Shown here piece after piece: positions 36,123 through 44,918 of a DNA stretch of 64,000 nucleotides. The translations under genes were made by a program, and so were the position numbers. Origin of the DNA: an uncultured Chthoniobacterales bacterium (GTDB lineage Bacteria; Verrucomicrobiota; Verrucomicrobiia; Chthoniobacterales; CALDSX01); assembly GCA_937924445.1 (NCBI GenBank), contig CALDSX010000015.1, positions 986 through 64,985 on the forward strand, read 5' to 3'. The notes beneath the pieces are model-generated. The model made no database searches. It saw nothing but the letters and a program-made list of their open reading frames with translations, and was not told the origin of the DNA. The first letter of the stretch is position 1, and every line of letters starts with the position of its first letter.

Positions 36123-37022
36123 TCAGGGATCGGTGCCCCTCATAAACAAGGCATATTCTTGACTGACATAACTGCGGAATTGATTCTCAAGATGTTGCAG
36201 TGAAAGAAAACGGTTACCGAACGCTTTGGAAAATGCTGAGTCGAAGCGCTCCCCGCACGCCACCAAATCCAAGAATTGCAAAAAGGCACCCTTATCTGTC
36301 GCACTCAGAAAGCGAACCAAGCGTTCGCTTTGATTGTAAAAAACCTGTGAGCAGTCTTGCTTCGCAGGGTAGTCGTTCATCGAAAGTAACTCCGTCAATG
36401 GAAAGAGCTTTGCTTGCGGAACTGGAAGAGAACGGGGTTTGGCTATTAAGCCGTGCATTCTCTGCCATGAAGCCCAAGCCCGAATTCCTGCATACTCGGC
36501 GTAACCTTCGTTGAGCCAGAGAGGAATGTTCCCGCCGAAAAAGCGGAAAAGCGTCAGATGAGCGGTTTCGTGAGCAAGTGTTGTATCGCTGTATTTTTTG
36601 GCCGAAGATCTCAAGATAAAGAGTTCATTCTTTACTTGAATGCCGCCCGTCCAGGGCTCGAGACGGGCGCCCTGCTGAAACTGCTGCCAGTTTTTTTCGT
36701 CTTCAAAAATGAAAATATGTCCCTTTCGTTGCCCATCCTTATTGGTGCGGCCCAGTTCTTTTGCAAAAAAAGAGGCGTAGAATTCGACCTCAACAGCAGC
36801 CTCATTCGCGGGACGGGAGACAGTGTAGTGAAAAACAAAATTTTGAGATTCAGCATGAAGCCATTTTTGTTTCCCGATACCGAGCGCCGACTGGCCAAGG
36901 TGTGAGAGTGGCGGTGCATTGAGAGTTTCGATGGCTACGGGAACGAGTTCGTCCCCGCGTGTGAGTGACATCAGCGGCAGCCCATGGAGCGCAGCTAGAA
37001 TCGCCAAGCGGAAAGGGATCAT
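36123..37022 (-). CDS. Secreted MA-clan metallopeptidase-like protein (DUF1570-like)
   Basis: 299 aa with a signal-like N-terminus, HETAHLTLFRFF (HExxH) and NEGYAEYAG (third ligand Glu). Confidence 0.62.
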   Translation of the reverse strand: MIPFRLAILAALHGLPLMSLTRGDELVPVAIETLNAPPLSHLGQSALGIGKQKWLHAESQNFVFHYTVSRPANEAAVEVEFYASFFAKELGRTNKDGQRKGHIFIFEDEKNWQQFQQGARLEPWTGGIQVKNELFILRSSAKKYSDTTLAHETAHLTLFRFFGGNIPLWLNEGYAEYAGIRAWASWQRMHGLIAKPRSLPVPQAKLFPLTELLSMNDYPAKQDCSQVFYNQSERLVRFLSATDKGAFLQFLDLVACGERFDSAFSKAFGNRFLSLQHLENQFRSYVSQEYALFMRGTDP

Positions 37023-37049
37023 TGGCCTCCTCAGTTGCAGCGTGCGAGC

Positions 37050-37937
37050 TTAGTCGCCCTGAAGAAGAGAGTGACGCCGAAAAATTTCCGCCAACGGAAG
37101 CTGTAAACCGACGAAGAACTGGCCAAACTCCGCATATTCGGCACTGACGGGATCGAAGCGCATCTCATAGACAATACGTTTTATATCGGCAATGTCTTTG
37201 GCAAAAAGACTGACTCCCCACTCGAAATCGTCGAGGCCGGTCGAGCCGGTGATGAGCTGGAGGATGCGTCCGGCGTAAGTGCGTCCGACACGGGCATGAC
37301 CGGCCATCAGACGTTTGCGCTCCTCGAAAGAGAGAGCATACCAGTTGCGCCCGTTTTCACGTCGTTTGCTCATGGGATAAAAACAAAATGCTGGCCAATC
37401 CGGGAGGTTTGGATGCAGACGATCGCGTTGGTATTTTTTCATTCTTGCATGGAAGGCATCCATTGCCACGTTAAAAGCTGCCCCCCCCGGTTCAAGTCCC
37501 TGCTCGCTCTGGAGTGTGTGGGCATATTCCTCGGCAGTGGTTGTGTATTCGCTTAGCTCGGTGAGGGAGTAATATCCAAAAACTGGATCGAGCACATCAG
37601 GCCCGAGCGAGAGGGGTATCTGTTTTTCTATGGTGTTCGCATACTGAAGATCATCCGCGAGCAGCATGAAACCGATATCTGCCTTTGGACTCACCATGCT
37701 GAAAATAAGAAGTTGGGTGTTGGGGCGTGAGCGAATCTCTGCCACCATTTCACTAAGATGAATGAGGCTTTCGCGACGTTTCTGTGTTGAATGCTCACGC
37801 CAGGCACCGTGTGCGATCGAAAAGAAAAGATGCAACACATTCCAACCTTCAGATGGAATCAGTGGGGGAGTGATGGAGGCGGCGTCAGGTGCGTCGTTTG
37901 GCAGTTGAGAAAATGTCATTGAAGTATCGGGCGTCAT
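37050..37937 (-). CDS. Chlorite dismutase family protein (HemQ/ChdC-like coproheme decarboxylase)
   Basis: 295 aa with WNVLHLFF, ADIGFML, FCFYPMSKRR, NWYALSFEERKRLMAGHARVGRTY and YEMRFD. Confidence 0.78.
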   Translation of the reverse strand: MTPDTSMTFSQLPNDAPDAASITPPLIPSEGWNVLHLFFSIAHGAWREHSTQKRRESLIHLSEMVAEIRSRPNTQLLIFSMVSPKADIGFMLLADDLQYANTIEKQIPLSLGPDVLDPVFGYYSLTELSEYTTTAEEYAHTLQSEQGLEPGGAAFNVAMDAFHARMKKYQRDRLHPNLPDWPAFCFYPMSKRRENGRNWYALSFEERKRLMAGHARVGRTYAGRILQLITGSTGLDDFEWGVSLFAKDIADIKRIVYEMRFDPVSAEYAEFGQFFVGLQLPLAEIFRRHSLLQGD

Positions 37938-37999
37938 ATCTTAGACTCATATAGCCACTACGTGGCGGATCAAATCACAACACAAAAAAGAAACACGCT

Positions 38000-38233
38000 A
38001 TGGCCGACGTTGCGAACAAATATCCTGAAAATGTCGAGGGCAAATATTACGTAGATGACCAATGCATAGACTGCGACCTCTGTCGCGAGACCGCTCCGGC
38101 AAATTTCAAACGAAATGACGACGGAGGGCATTCCTTTGTTTACAAACAACCTGAGACGCCTGAAGAAGAGGCGCAATGCAAAGAAGCAATGGATGGCTGT
38201 CCCGTTGTAGCGATCGGTAACGATGGAGCTTAG
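38000..38233 (+). CDS. Small [4Fe-4S] ferredoxin
   Basis: 77 aa with YYVDDQCIDCDLCRETAP ... DGCPVVAI (CxxCxxC...CP). Confidence 0.85.
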   Translation: MADVANKYPENVEGKYYVDDQCIDCDLCRETAPANFKRNDDGGHSFVYKQPETPEEEAQCKEAMDGCPVVAIGNDGA

Positions 38234-38300
38234 GAGCTCTGGCACTCACCCCACGCAGCAGTACTGTTTCGTTTAACGAGAAACCCTTTCGCCCCTGACC

Positions 38301-38696
38301 ATGGCCGCAAGCGCGTTCGCAGGCCGCTGGCCGACCAAGGAAGAGATCACTCGACTCCGTGTCCTTGCGGAATGGCGAAATCTACCCACCATCGAAAAGC
38401 CGCTTGAAACGTGGTCGCAGATTGGAGCGTTGGTTACTGAAGAAATGCGCATGCTGGGCATGGCGGAAGCTCTTGTCTCCACAAAGCTGATCGAACATTG
38501 GCCCGAGGTCGTCGGGAATTTTATTGCATCGCACACCCGGACTGAAACGCTTCGTGATGGAGAATTGGTCGTTCGCGTCGGACAGCCAACGCTTCGCTTT
38601 GAATTGGAACGCAACCTCCGCACCACAATTATTAATCGGCTCAACGAGGCGTTGGGTGGTATCTTCATCCGTTCCATCCGGTTTGTCCACGGATGA
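38301..38696 (+). CDS. dciA: DUF721/DciA-family protein (replicative helicase-loading factor family)
   Basis: 131 aa: LIEHWPEVVGNFIASHTRTETLRDGELVVRVGQPTLRFELERNLRTTIINRLNEALGGIFIRSIRFV. Confidence 0.72.
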   Translation: MAASAFAGRWPTKEEITRLRVLAEWRNLPTIEKPLETWSQIGALVTEEMRMLGMAEALVSTKLIEHWPEVVGNFIASHTRTETLRDGELVVRVGQPTLRFELERNLRTTIINRLNEALGGIFIRSIRFVHG

Positions 38697-38957
38697 TCGC
38701 CCAGAGCCCCTTATGGCGGCTAAACGACAGGTTACCCCTGTTTGATTGATTTCCCCCCTCCCCCCAGAGAACCCCATTCTATGAGGTTTTGGGGAAGGCA
38801 TATCCAAAGCTCGCGCCCCCTATTTTGAGCATGATTTTCTGGAGAAAAGAGTGCTTCTCAGAGAAATCATCCCCTCCGGACGCAGTAATTGCTCCGACAC
38901 GATCACTACCAGCGAGAGCACCGCGGCTAACCGAAGGACCAGTAACAGGCCAGCATC

Positions 38958-39530
38958 ATGCAAGACAACCCCAAATCCCACTCGGCAAACGAAGAAATCC
39001 CCGCCCGCGTTGTCGGCACACCCCTCCAGGCAACAACTGAGAAGCACCACGACACCGAACGAATAGACCACGTGCTGGCAGAGATCGATGTCGGTGCCGA
39101 AGGACACACCCACCCCTTCATCTTAAGTATCAACACCAGATCGCACAAAAATTTTGTCGCAGGATTTGATGCCCGTGTCCGAGCAGGGCGCTTGCGACAA
39201 CCTGGGCTCTCACGTCCAACAATCGGTATCTTTGAAGGTGAACTTCTTGACTATCGCCCGATTGAAGAGCATGCCACGATCTTTTTTGAAGCGCTCTCCC
39301 GCGGCCAAATGGAACAATTAGTTCTGAGCTGTTTCTCCCGTTGCAATCTCGTAGAGGCATGGGGCTTTCTCTACGGATCCCCACGGCGCGGGCTGCATCA
39401 GATTCATTCACGACGCGCCAGTTCGGCTGTGCGCGAAGATTTACTCGGAAAAGATGGCGGATTGCGGTTTTACTTTGCGCCACCGGAGGAACCATTACTT
39501 CTTTTGATCAAATTCTGCGGCCAGCCTTAG
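38958..39530 (+). CDS. Hypothetical protein
   Basis: 190-aa ORF with an in-frame stop 5 codons upstream of the ATG. No motif recognised. It sits between dciA and the COG1579 gene. Confidence 0.45.
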   Translation: MQDNPKSHSANEEIPARVVGTPLQATTEKHHDTERIDHVLAEIDVGAEGHTHPFILSINTRSHKNFVAGFDARVRAGRLRQPGLSRPTIGIFEGELLDYRPIEEHATIFFEALSRGQMEQLVLSCFSRCNLVEAWGFLYGSPRRGLHQIHSRRASSAVREDLLGKDGGLRFYFAPPEEPLLLLIKFCGQP

Positions 39531-39586
39531 TGAACCTCTTCACCTCTGCCCCTTGCTGCGAGTTGTGTCGTTGTTAGATTACGAGC

Positions 39587-40288
39587 ATGCTTCCTATCAT
39601 TGAAAAGCTTCTTATTCTCCAAGACCGCGACAAAGCTATTGCCCAAGTTAATGATGCGCTGGCTCACGCGCCAAAAGAACGAAAAACTTTTGAGGAACGA
39701 AAATCCGCCACTGCCCAAAAGCTTGAATCTGCAAAAGAGGCACAGCGCGCAAACGAAACTAAACGAAAAAGTTTAGAACTGGAGTCTGCTCAGCTTTCGG
39801 CACAAGTTGCCAAATTCAAAGCGCAACAAAATCTCACCCGCAAGAACGACGAATTTGCGGCATTAGCCAACGAAATACGGCATTTTGAAGAAAAGATAAC
39901 CGTGCTGGATGATCAACAGCTCGAACTGATGGAAGCTGCTCAGACTCTCGCTGCGGCGGTGGAAACGGCCATTACGGAACACCGCAAAGTCGAGTCTGAA
40001 GTGGCCGGGCTGCTCACAGATCTAGAGAAACGATGTTCAAATCTCGCAGCACGGCGCGAGGAACTTTGCGCAGAGCGAACAAAGCTGGCAGCGGATTTAG
40101 ACGAGGATACGCTCGATACCTATGAACGCATCATAAGAAAAAAGGGCGACGCTGTCGTGCCTCTCGAGCATGGGGTCTGTGGAGGGTGTCATATGAAAGT
40201 GAGCAACGCCACCTTGTCCGATGCGATGGTCCAAAAACAGATTGTATTTTGCGACAAATGCGGGCGTATCCTCTACTTCGTCGAGTAA
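39587..40288 (+). CDS. Coiled-coil protein with a C-terminal C4 zinc ribbon (COG1579/DUF164 family)
   Basis: 233 aa. A long heptad-rich region is followed by CGGCHMKVSNATLSD...VFCDKCGRILY. Confidence 0.75.
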   Translation: MLPIIEKLLILQDRDKAIAQVNDALAHAPKERKTFEERKSATAQKLESAKEAQRANETKRKSLELESAQLSAQVAKFKAQQNLTRKNDEFAALANEIRHFEEKITVLDDQQLELMEAAQTLAAAVETAITEHRKVESEVAGLLTDLEKRCSNLAARREELCAERTKLAADLDEDTLDTYERIIRKKGDAVVPLEHGVCGGCHMKVSNATLSDAMVQKQIVFCDKCGRILYFVE

Positions 40289-40312
40289 ATAGAGAGAGCT
40301 CCGTTAAATCAA

Positions 40313-42313
40313 ATGATCTCGCTTGCCGAAGAACCCTCTTCCGCGAACTCAGCTTTGGAAAACGAAGTCCTGCGGTTTTTTTCACCTGGAGGTCCGCTTT
40401 CCAAAGCGCGCAATTTTGAGTTCCGTCCTCAACAACTTGAGATGGCGCGGGAGGTCGCACGAACTCTTGAAAACCAGACCCACGCCATCATCGAAGCGGG
40501 CACCGGCGTGGGTAAATCTCTTGCTTATCTCGTTCCGGCTATACTTCACGCCCTAAAAGAGCGTCGTAAAGCTGTTGTTTGCACACACACCATCAACCTG
40601 CAGGAGCAACTTGTGGGAAAGGATCTACCCATGGTCCAGAAATTCATACCGCAGGAGTTCCAGACCGCGCTGATGAAGGGTCGCGCCAATTACCTCTGCC
40701 CGAATCGCCTTAGACGAATGCTTGAGGGGCCTCCTGAGCTTTTCACGGAGCAGGCCAAAGCTGAACTAGTAGTCCTCGCAGATTGGGCACGCCACACACG
40801 CGATGGGACGTTGAGCGATCTCTCCTTTGAGCCTGATCCTGAACTCTGGGCGCAAGTTTGCAGCGAACCCCACATCTGCACACCAAAAACCTGCGGACGT
40901 GAATGTTTTTACCAGATGGCGCGTCGTCAACTCATCGGCGCAGATGTGATTGTTCTTAACCACAGTCTCTTTCTTCTCAGCGCTTTAGGGGGTGAAGATC
41001 CCGCCCCAGAGGCTGGTTACTTGTTCGACAACGATTTTGTCATTATAGATGAGGCACACACCTTCGAGCAGGTATCCGCCCGGCATATCGGCGTCTCTGT
41101 GTCGCAATACAGTCTGCGTTTTACCCTGCTGCGACTCTACAACCCTCGGACACGTCGCGGTATGCTCCAGGCCGCTCACTTGCCTGAGGGCGTTCGGCGT
41201 GTTTCCGCCGCACTGGAAGCAACCGACCGTTTTTTCAAAGAGATCGCTGAAGCCGCAGATTTTGGTATAAACCGTGAGTGCCGGATACGGCACCCAGACG
41301 TTGTTCGGGACACACTCACCACTGAGCTTGTTCGTGTGGAGGAATCTGCCCTTGCCGCAGCAAATAAAGAGAATGAGGACATGCTCAGTGCTGAAATCAG
41401 AGAACTGGCGCGTCGCCTTAGGGAAACGCGGCGAGAATTGGCAGGTTTTCTGAATCAAACCGAGACCGATCATGTTTATTGGATTGAAAAAACCGGTAAA
41501 ACAGGTCAGTTCCTTTCGCTCAACTCCGCACCTGTGGATCCTTCCACTGCACTGCGTCGTTTGCTCTTTCGGGACAAAACGAGCTGTATCCTCACCAGCG
41601 CCACACTCTCCGTTGGACGCCCCGACCTTGCGTGGTTTCGCTCACGAATCGGTGCCGACGCTCTTCACCCGCCCGAGATTGCCGTTCGCAGCGTCGGCAG
41701 CCCCTTCGACTACGAACGACAGATGAAGGTGTTTATTGTTAAAACAATGCCTGATCCCCGGGACGCACTCTACCACCGCGAGTTGGCCCGATGGATTAAA
41801 AAATTCCTCGACCAAACCGGTGGGCGGGCCTTTGTGCTTTTTACCAACTACAAATGCTTAAAAGCCGCGGCTGATGCTCTCGCAGTTCACTGTGAGCAGC
41901 GCGGGTGGAATCTCCTGGTCCAAGGTGCCGGGCTGCCCAGGCAAAAAATGCTCGACGAATTTCGCAATAGCAGCCGACCGGGCGTGCTTTTTGGTACAGA
42001 TAGTTTTTGGGGTGGTGTGGATGTGCCCGGTCACGCGCTCTCGAACGTTATCATTACTCGACTCCCTTTTGCCGTGCCGGATCACCCACTCATCCAAGCC
42101 CGAATCGAGCTTATTGAAAGCCGTGGCGGTGATCCTTTCACCGAATACTCTCTGCCAGAGGCCATTCTCAAATTTCGCCAAGGTATCGGTCGCCTCATCC
42201 GCAGCCGCAACGACTCCGGCATCATTGTTATTCTTGACAACCGCATTCTCACCAAATCATACGGGCGTGCCTTCCTCAGCGCCCTGCCTGACTGTCCAAT
42301 CGAAAAAATTTAA
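40313..42313 (+). CDS. dinG: DinG/XPD-family ATP-dependent DNA helicase
   Basis: 666 aa with IIEAGTGVGKSLAYLVPA and VIIDEAHTFE (DEAH). A Cys cluster (YLCPN..VCSEPHICTPKTCGRECF) sits between motifs I and II, and the C-terminal helicase motifs GTDSFWGGVD and GRLIR are present. Confidence 0.85.
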   Translation: MISLAEEPSSANSALENEVLRFFSPGGPLSKARNFEFRPQQLEMAREVARTLENQTHAIIEAGTGVGKSLAYLVPAILHALKERRKAVVCTHTINLQEQLVGKDLPMVQKFIPQEFQTALMKGRANYLCPNRLRRMLEGPPELFTEQAKAELVVLADWARHTRDGTLSDLSFEPDPELWAQVCSEPHICTPKTCGRECFYQMARRQLIGADVIVLNHSLFLLSALGGEDPAPEAGYLFDNDFVIIDEAHTFEQVSARHIGVSVSQYSLRFTLLRLYNPRTRRGMLQAAHLPEGVRRVSAALEATDRFFKEIAEAADFGINRECRIRHPDVVRDTLTTELVRVEESALAAANKENEDMLSAEIRELARRLRETRRELAGFLNQTETDHVYWIEKTGKTGQFLSLNSAPVDPSTALRRLLFRDKTSCILTSATLSVGRPDLAWFRSRIGADALHPPEIAVRSVGSPFDYERQMKVFIVKTMPDPRDALYHRELARWIKKFLDQTGGRAFVLFTNYKCLKAAADALAVHCEQRGWNLLVQGAGLPRQKMLDEFRNSSRPGVLFGTDSFWGGVDVPGHALSNVIITRLPFAVPDHPLIQARIELIESRGGDPFTEYSLPEAILKFRQGIGRLIRSRNDSGIIVILDNRILTKSYGRAFLSALPDCPIEKI

Positions 42314-42319
42314 CCCGCA

Positions 42320-42772
42320 ATGCGTGCTGTTATCCAACGCGTTTCCAACGCCACTGTCCGCGTGGACAACCAGATTCTTGCGTCCATCGGACGCGGCCTG
42401 CTCGCGTTTGTCGCGGCCGCCCCGTCAGATACCGACGCCGACATCGAATGGCTCGCTTCAAAAATCCTCTCCCAAAAGCTTTTCAACACCGAGGAAGGCT
42501 CCTGGAAAGCGGACGTCGTCACCATTAAGGGCGACCTTCTTTTGGTAAGCCAATTCACACTCTTGGCAAGTTGCAAAAAAGGAACCCGCCCTTCATGGCA
42601 TCGCGCAGCTCCACCGGAAATTGCCCGACCGCTCTTTGATGCCTTGTGCGTCCGCTGCCAATCTCTGCTCGGACGGACGGTCTTCACCGGAATGTTCGGC
42701 TCACACATGGAAATTTCCCTCGTCAACGAGGGCCCTGTGACCATTCTCCTCGACTCAGCCACCAAGGAATAA
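42320..42772 (+). CDS. dtd: D-aminoacyl-tRNA deacylase
   Basis: 150 aa with MRAVIQRVSNATV, SQFTL and NEGPVTILLDS. Confidence 0.95.
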   Translation: MRAVIQRVSNATVRVDNQILASIGRGLLAFVAAAPSDTDADIEWLASKILSQKLFNTEEGSWKADVVTIKGDLLLVSQFTLLASCKKGTRPSWHRAAPPEIARPLFDALCVRCQSLLGRTVFTGMFGSHMEISLVNEGPVTILLDSATKE

Positions 42773-42996
42773 ACACGTCAGCACGATCCAAGTTAAACAA
42801 CCCGAAATCACACCCTCTCAGACTCTCTGTCGAAATAGGTTGTAGAAGCTGGAGGCTCTATTTTCCCAAAAAAAGAGGGCGAAGAACTTCTTTTGGTCGC
42901 AGCCTCTTAGGCTGGGTTAAGATCTGCCTCATAAGCCTGCAAGCCGTACCTCCGATAACAGTATCGACTCAGGGGCAAGAGGTATTCGCATCGGCC

Positions 42997-44874
42997 TCAG
43001 GCCGTTTTCCATGGGGATATGGCTTCAATGCGCACGGTGCGGTCTCCTTTTTCGCCGGGGATGGTGGCTTCTTCCCCTAATTTTTTACCTATGAGCGACT
43101 GACCGAGAGCCGTCAGATAGGCCACGATGCCCTTTTCCGGGTCGCTATCCCAAGCTCCGAGGATGGCAAAAGTTTCTCGCTGCCCTGTAGAGAGATCGGT
43201 CAACTCGACCTTTGTGCCAATAGAGACTTCGGAGGTATCCGCGTCCGCAAAGTCGGTGCCTACCGCGCGGGAGAGTTCCAGCTCCATCTCCATTTTGCGA
43301 CGCGAAAGGAGGCGCTCCATTTCTTTGGCAGATTTGTATTCGAAATTTTCACGCAGATCTCCGTAAGAACGAGCGATGCTGATCTGTTTTACGTTTTCAG
43401 GAATTAATTTGTTGATCAATTCGTCGTATTCTGCCCTGCGACGTTCCAAACTTTCCCAGGAGACAATAAGAACATTGGCCGGGGGTGCGGAGGCTTTGGA
43501 GGTAGAGGTAGCGGTTGTCCCTTCGGTCATCCCGCTGTGCCCCCCGCTCAAAACGGACTGGAGCACCGGATGAATTTTTATCATTCGGGAAATAACCGAG
43601 CGTTTGTTAATTTCCTCGATAGCCGGGCTGGCCAGCACGCGACGGGCGAGGTCGCGGGCTTCCTCAACAGAGGAGCCTTGAAGCAGATCTGCGACTAGAT
43701 CTTTGTCTTCGATAAGGAAATCCTGTAACCGAGTTTTCCTGCTTTCGTTAAGCAAATCGCGTTCGAGAGCCGCGACGATGGCCCCCAGCACTTTTGGCGT
43801 GAGGAGCGATTGGGAGTGCGAGGCTCGTTCACGGCAAAACCACAAAAGCAGGTCGCTGCCAATTGTCTGCTCATTGATCATACGCCCGATGATGGATTCA
43901 GCCAGTGTGGAGTGCCCATTTTCTTCGAGCAACCTCACCAGCTCGGTAGCAAACCGCCCCGAAGCAGCGGGCATGAGTTTGGCCACACGCTCGGTCCAGT
44001 CTGCAGGGAAGGCTTCGGGCATCGCACCAAGCGCGTTGTGCAGACGAGCTGCCGGTAGCGCAGTGAACAGTGCGATCAACGCGTTCTGGTGAAAGCGCAG
44101 CATTGCCGGGAGTTGGGGAGCCCCTTCTCGTGAAATCGCAGGAGACCTTGACGCCAATTCTTTTGCGAGAACGACGGCCTCAACAGATTCAGACGGCTTA
44201 AGTTTGAGATGTTTTCGTGCGTAATCGTCGAGCATGGCGATCACTTCAGTCAAAGGCTCCGGATGGTCGACAAATGCCTCGATTTCCTTGAGGATCGCGT
44301 CGGCCGCTGCAAATTGATCTTTGATGCGTTTCGCGGTGCGGAAATCATTCAGGAGCTCCGCGTGGCGGTCGAGTTTATTCTCGCGAAGCACCCAAGGTTC
44401 GCCCTTTCGCGCCGGAACACCGAAATGACCGTCCTTCTTAAGTGTTTTTTTTGTGTTCTCCCAAAACTTTTTGATGGCAGCGTCGTCAAAAACGCCGGAG
44501 AGAATGGCACTCAGAGAATCCTGCGTGGCGCTGCCTCCATGACTTCCCAAAGCCCGCCGCATAAAGCTTGCGGGATCGCCCAGAGCAAGGCTTTTGAAGC
44601 TCTCCGGATCGGTAGATTTGAGCACCAGAATATGGTCTTCGGCGACGGGCGAGAGGGAATCTGCGGCGTAGAGTGCGTCCATTGCATGGCCTCGTCTCTT
44701 TTCAAAATCAACGATCACTTGACCCAGATCTGTGTTCCATGAAGCCACCCTCCCAAAACCCCAGCTCCTATGGGAACACCAGGAACCTGGCCGCAAAGCC
44801 TGAAGCTTGGTTGTCTGGTTGATTGTGCAAGATTTTCCTGCTAAAAGCGACTGCAATTCCTCGTCCATCATCAC
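42997..44874 (-). CDS. Large GreA/GreB-family protein: ~470-aa N-terminal extension plus a complete C-terminal Gre module
   Basis: 625 aa. The last ~158 aa align by eye to GreA: SYGDLRENFEYKSAKEME matches the acidic tip GDLKENAEYHAAREQQ, followed by the FKBP-like domain VSIGTKVELTDL...YLTALGQSLIGKKLGEE. The N-terminus RPGSWCSHRSWGFGRVASW..VIVDF is tentatively CarD/TRCF-RID-like. Confidence 0.75.
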   Translation of the reverse strand: MMMDEELQSLLAGKSCTINQTTKLQALRPGSWCSHRSWGFGRVASWNTDLGQVIVDFEKRRGHAMDALYAADSLSPVAEDHILVLKSTDPESFKSLALGDPASFMRRALGSHGGSATQDSLSAILSGVFDDAAIKKFWENTKKTLKKDGHFGVPARKGEPWVLRENKLDRHAELLNDFRTAKRIKDQFAAADAILKEIEAFVDHPEPLTEVIAMLDDYARKHLKLKPSESVEAVVLAKELASRSPAISREGAPQLPAMLRFHQNALIALFTALPAARLHNALGAMPEAFPADWTERVAKLMPAASGRFATELVRLLEENGHSTLAESIIGRMINEQTIGSDLLLWFCRERASHSQSLLTPKVLGAIVAALERDLLNESRKTRLQDFLIEDKDLVADLLQGSSVEEARDLARRVLASPAIEEINKRSVISRMIKIHPVLQSVLSGGHSGMTEGTTATSTSKASAPPANVLIVSWESLERRRAEYDELINKLIPENVKQISIARSYGDLRENFEYKSAKEMERLLSRRKMEMELELSRAVGTDFADADTSEVSIGTKVELTDLSTGQRETFAILGAWDSDPEKGIVAYLTALGQSLIGKKLGEEATIPGEKGDRTVRIEAISPWKTA

Positions 44875-44918
44875 AACAGCATACGCTGAGATCTTCCGCG
44901 GGCAAGCCCCTTAGAAAA

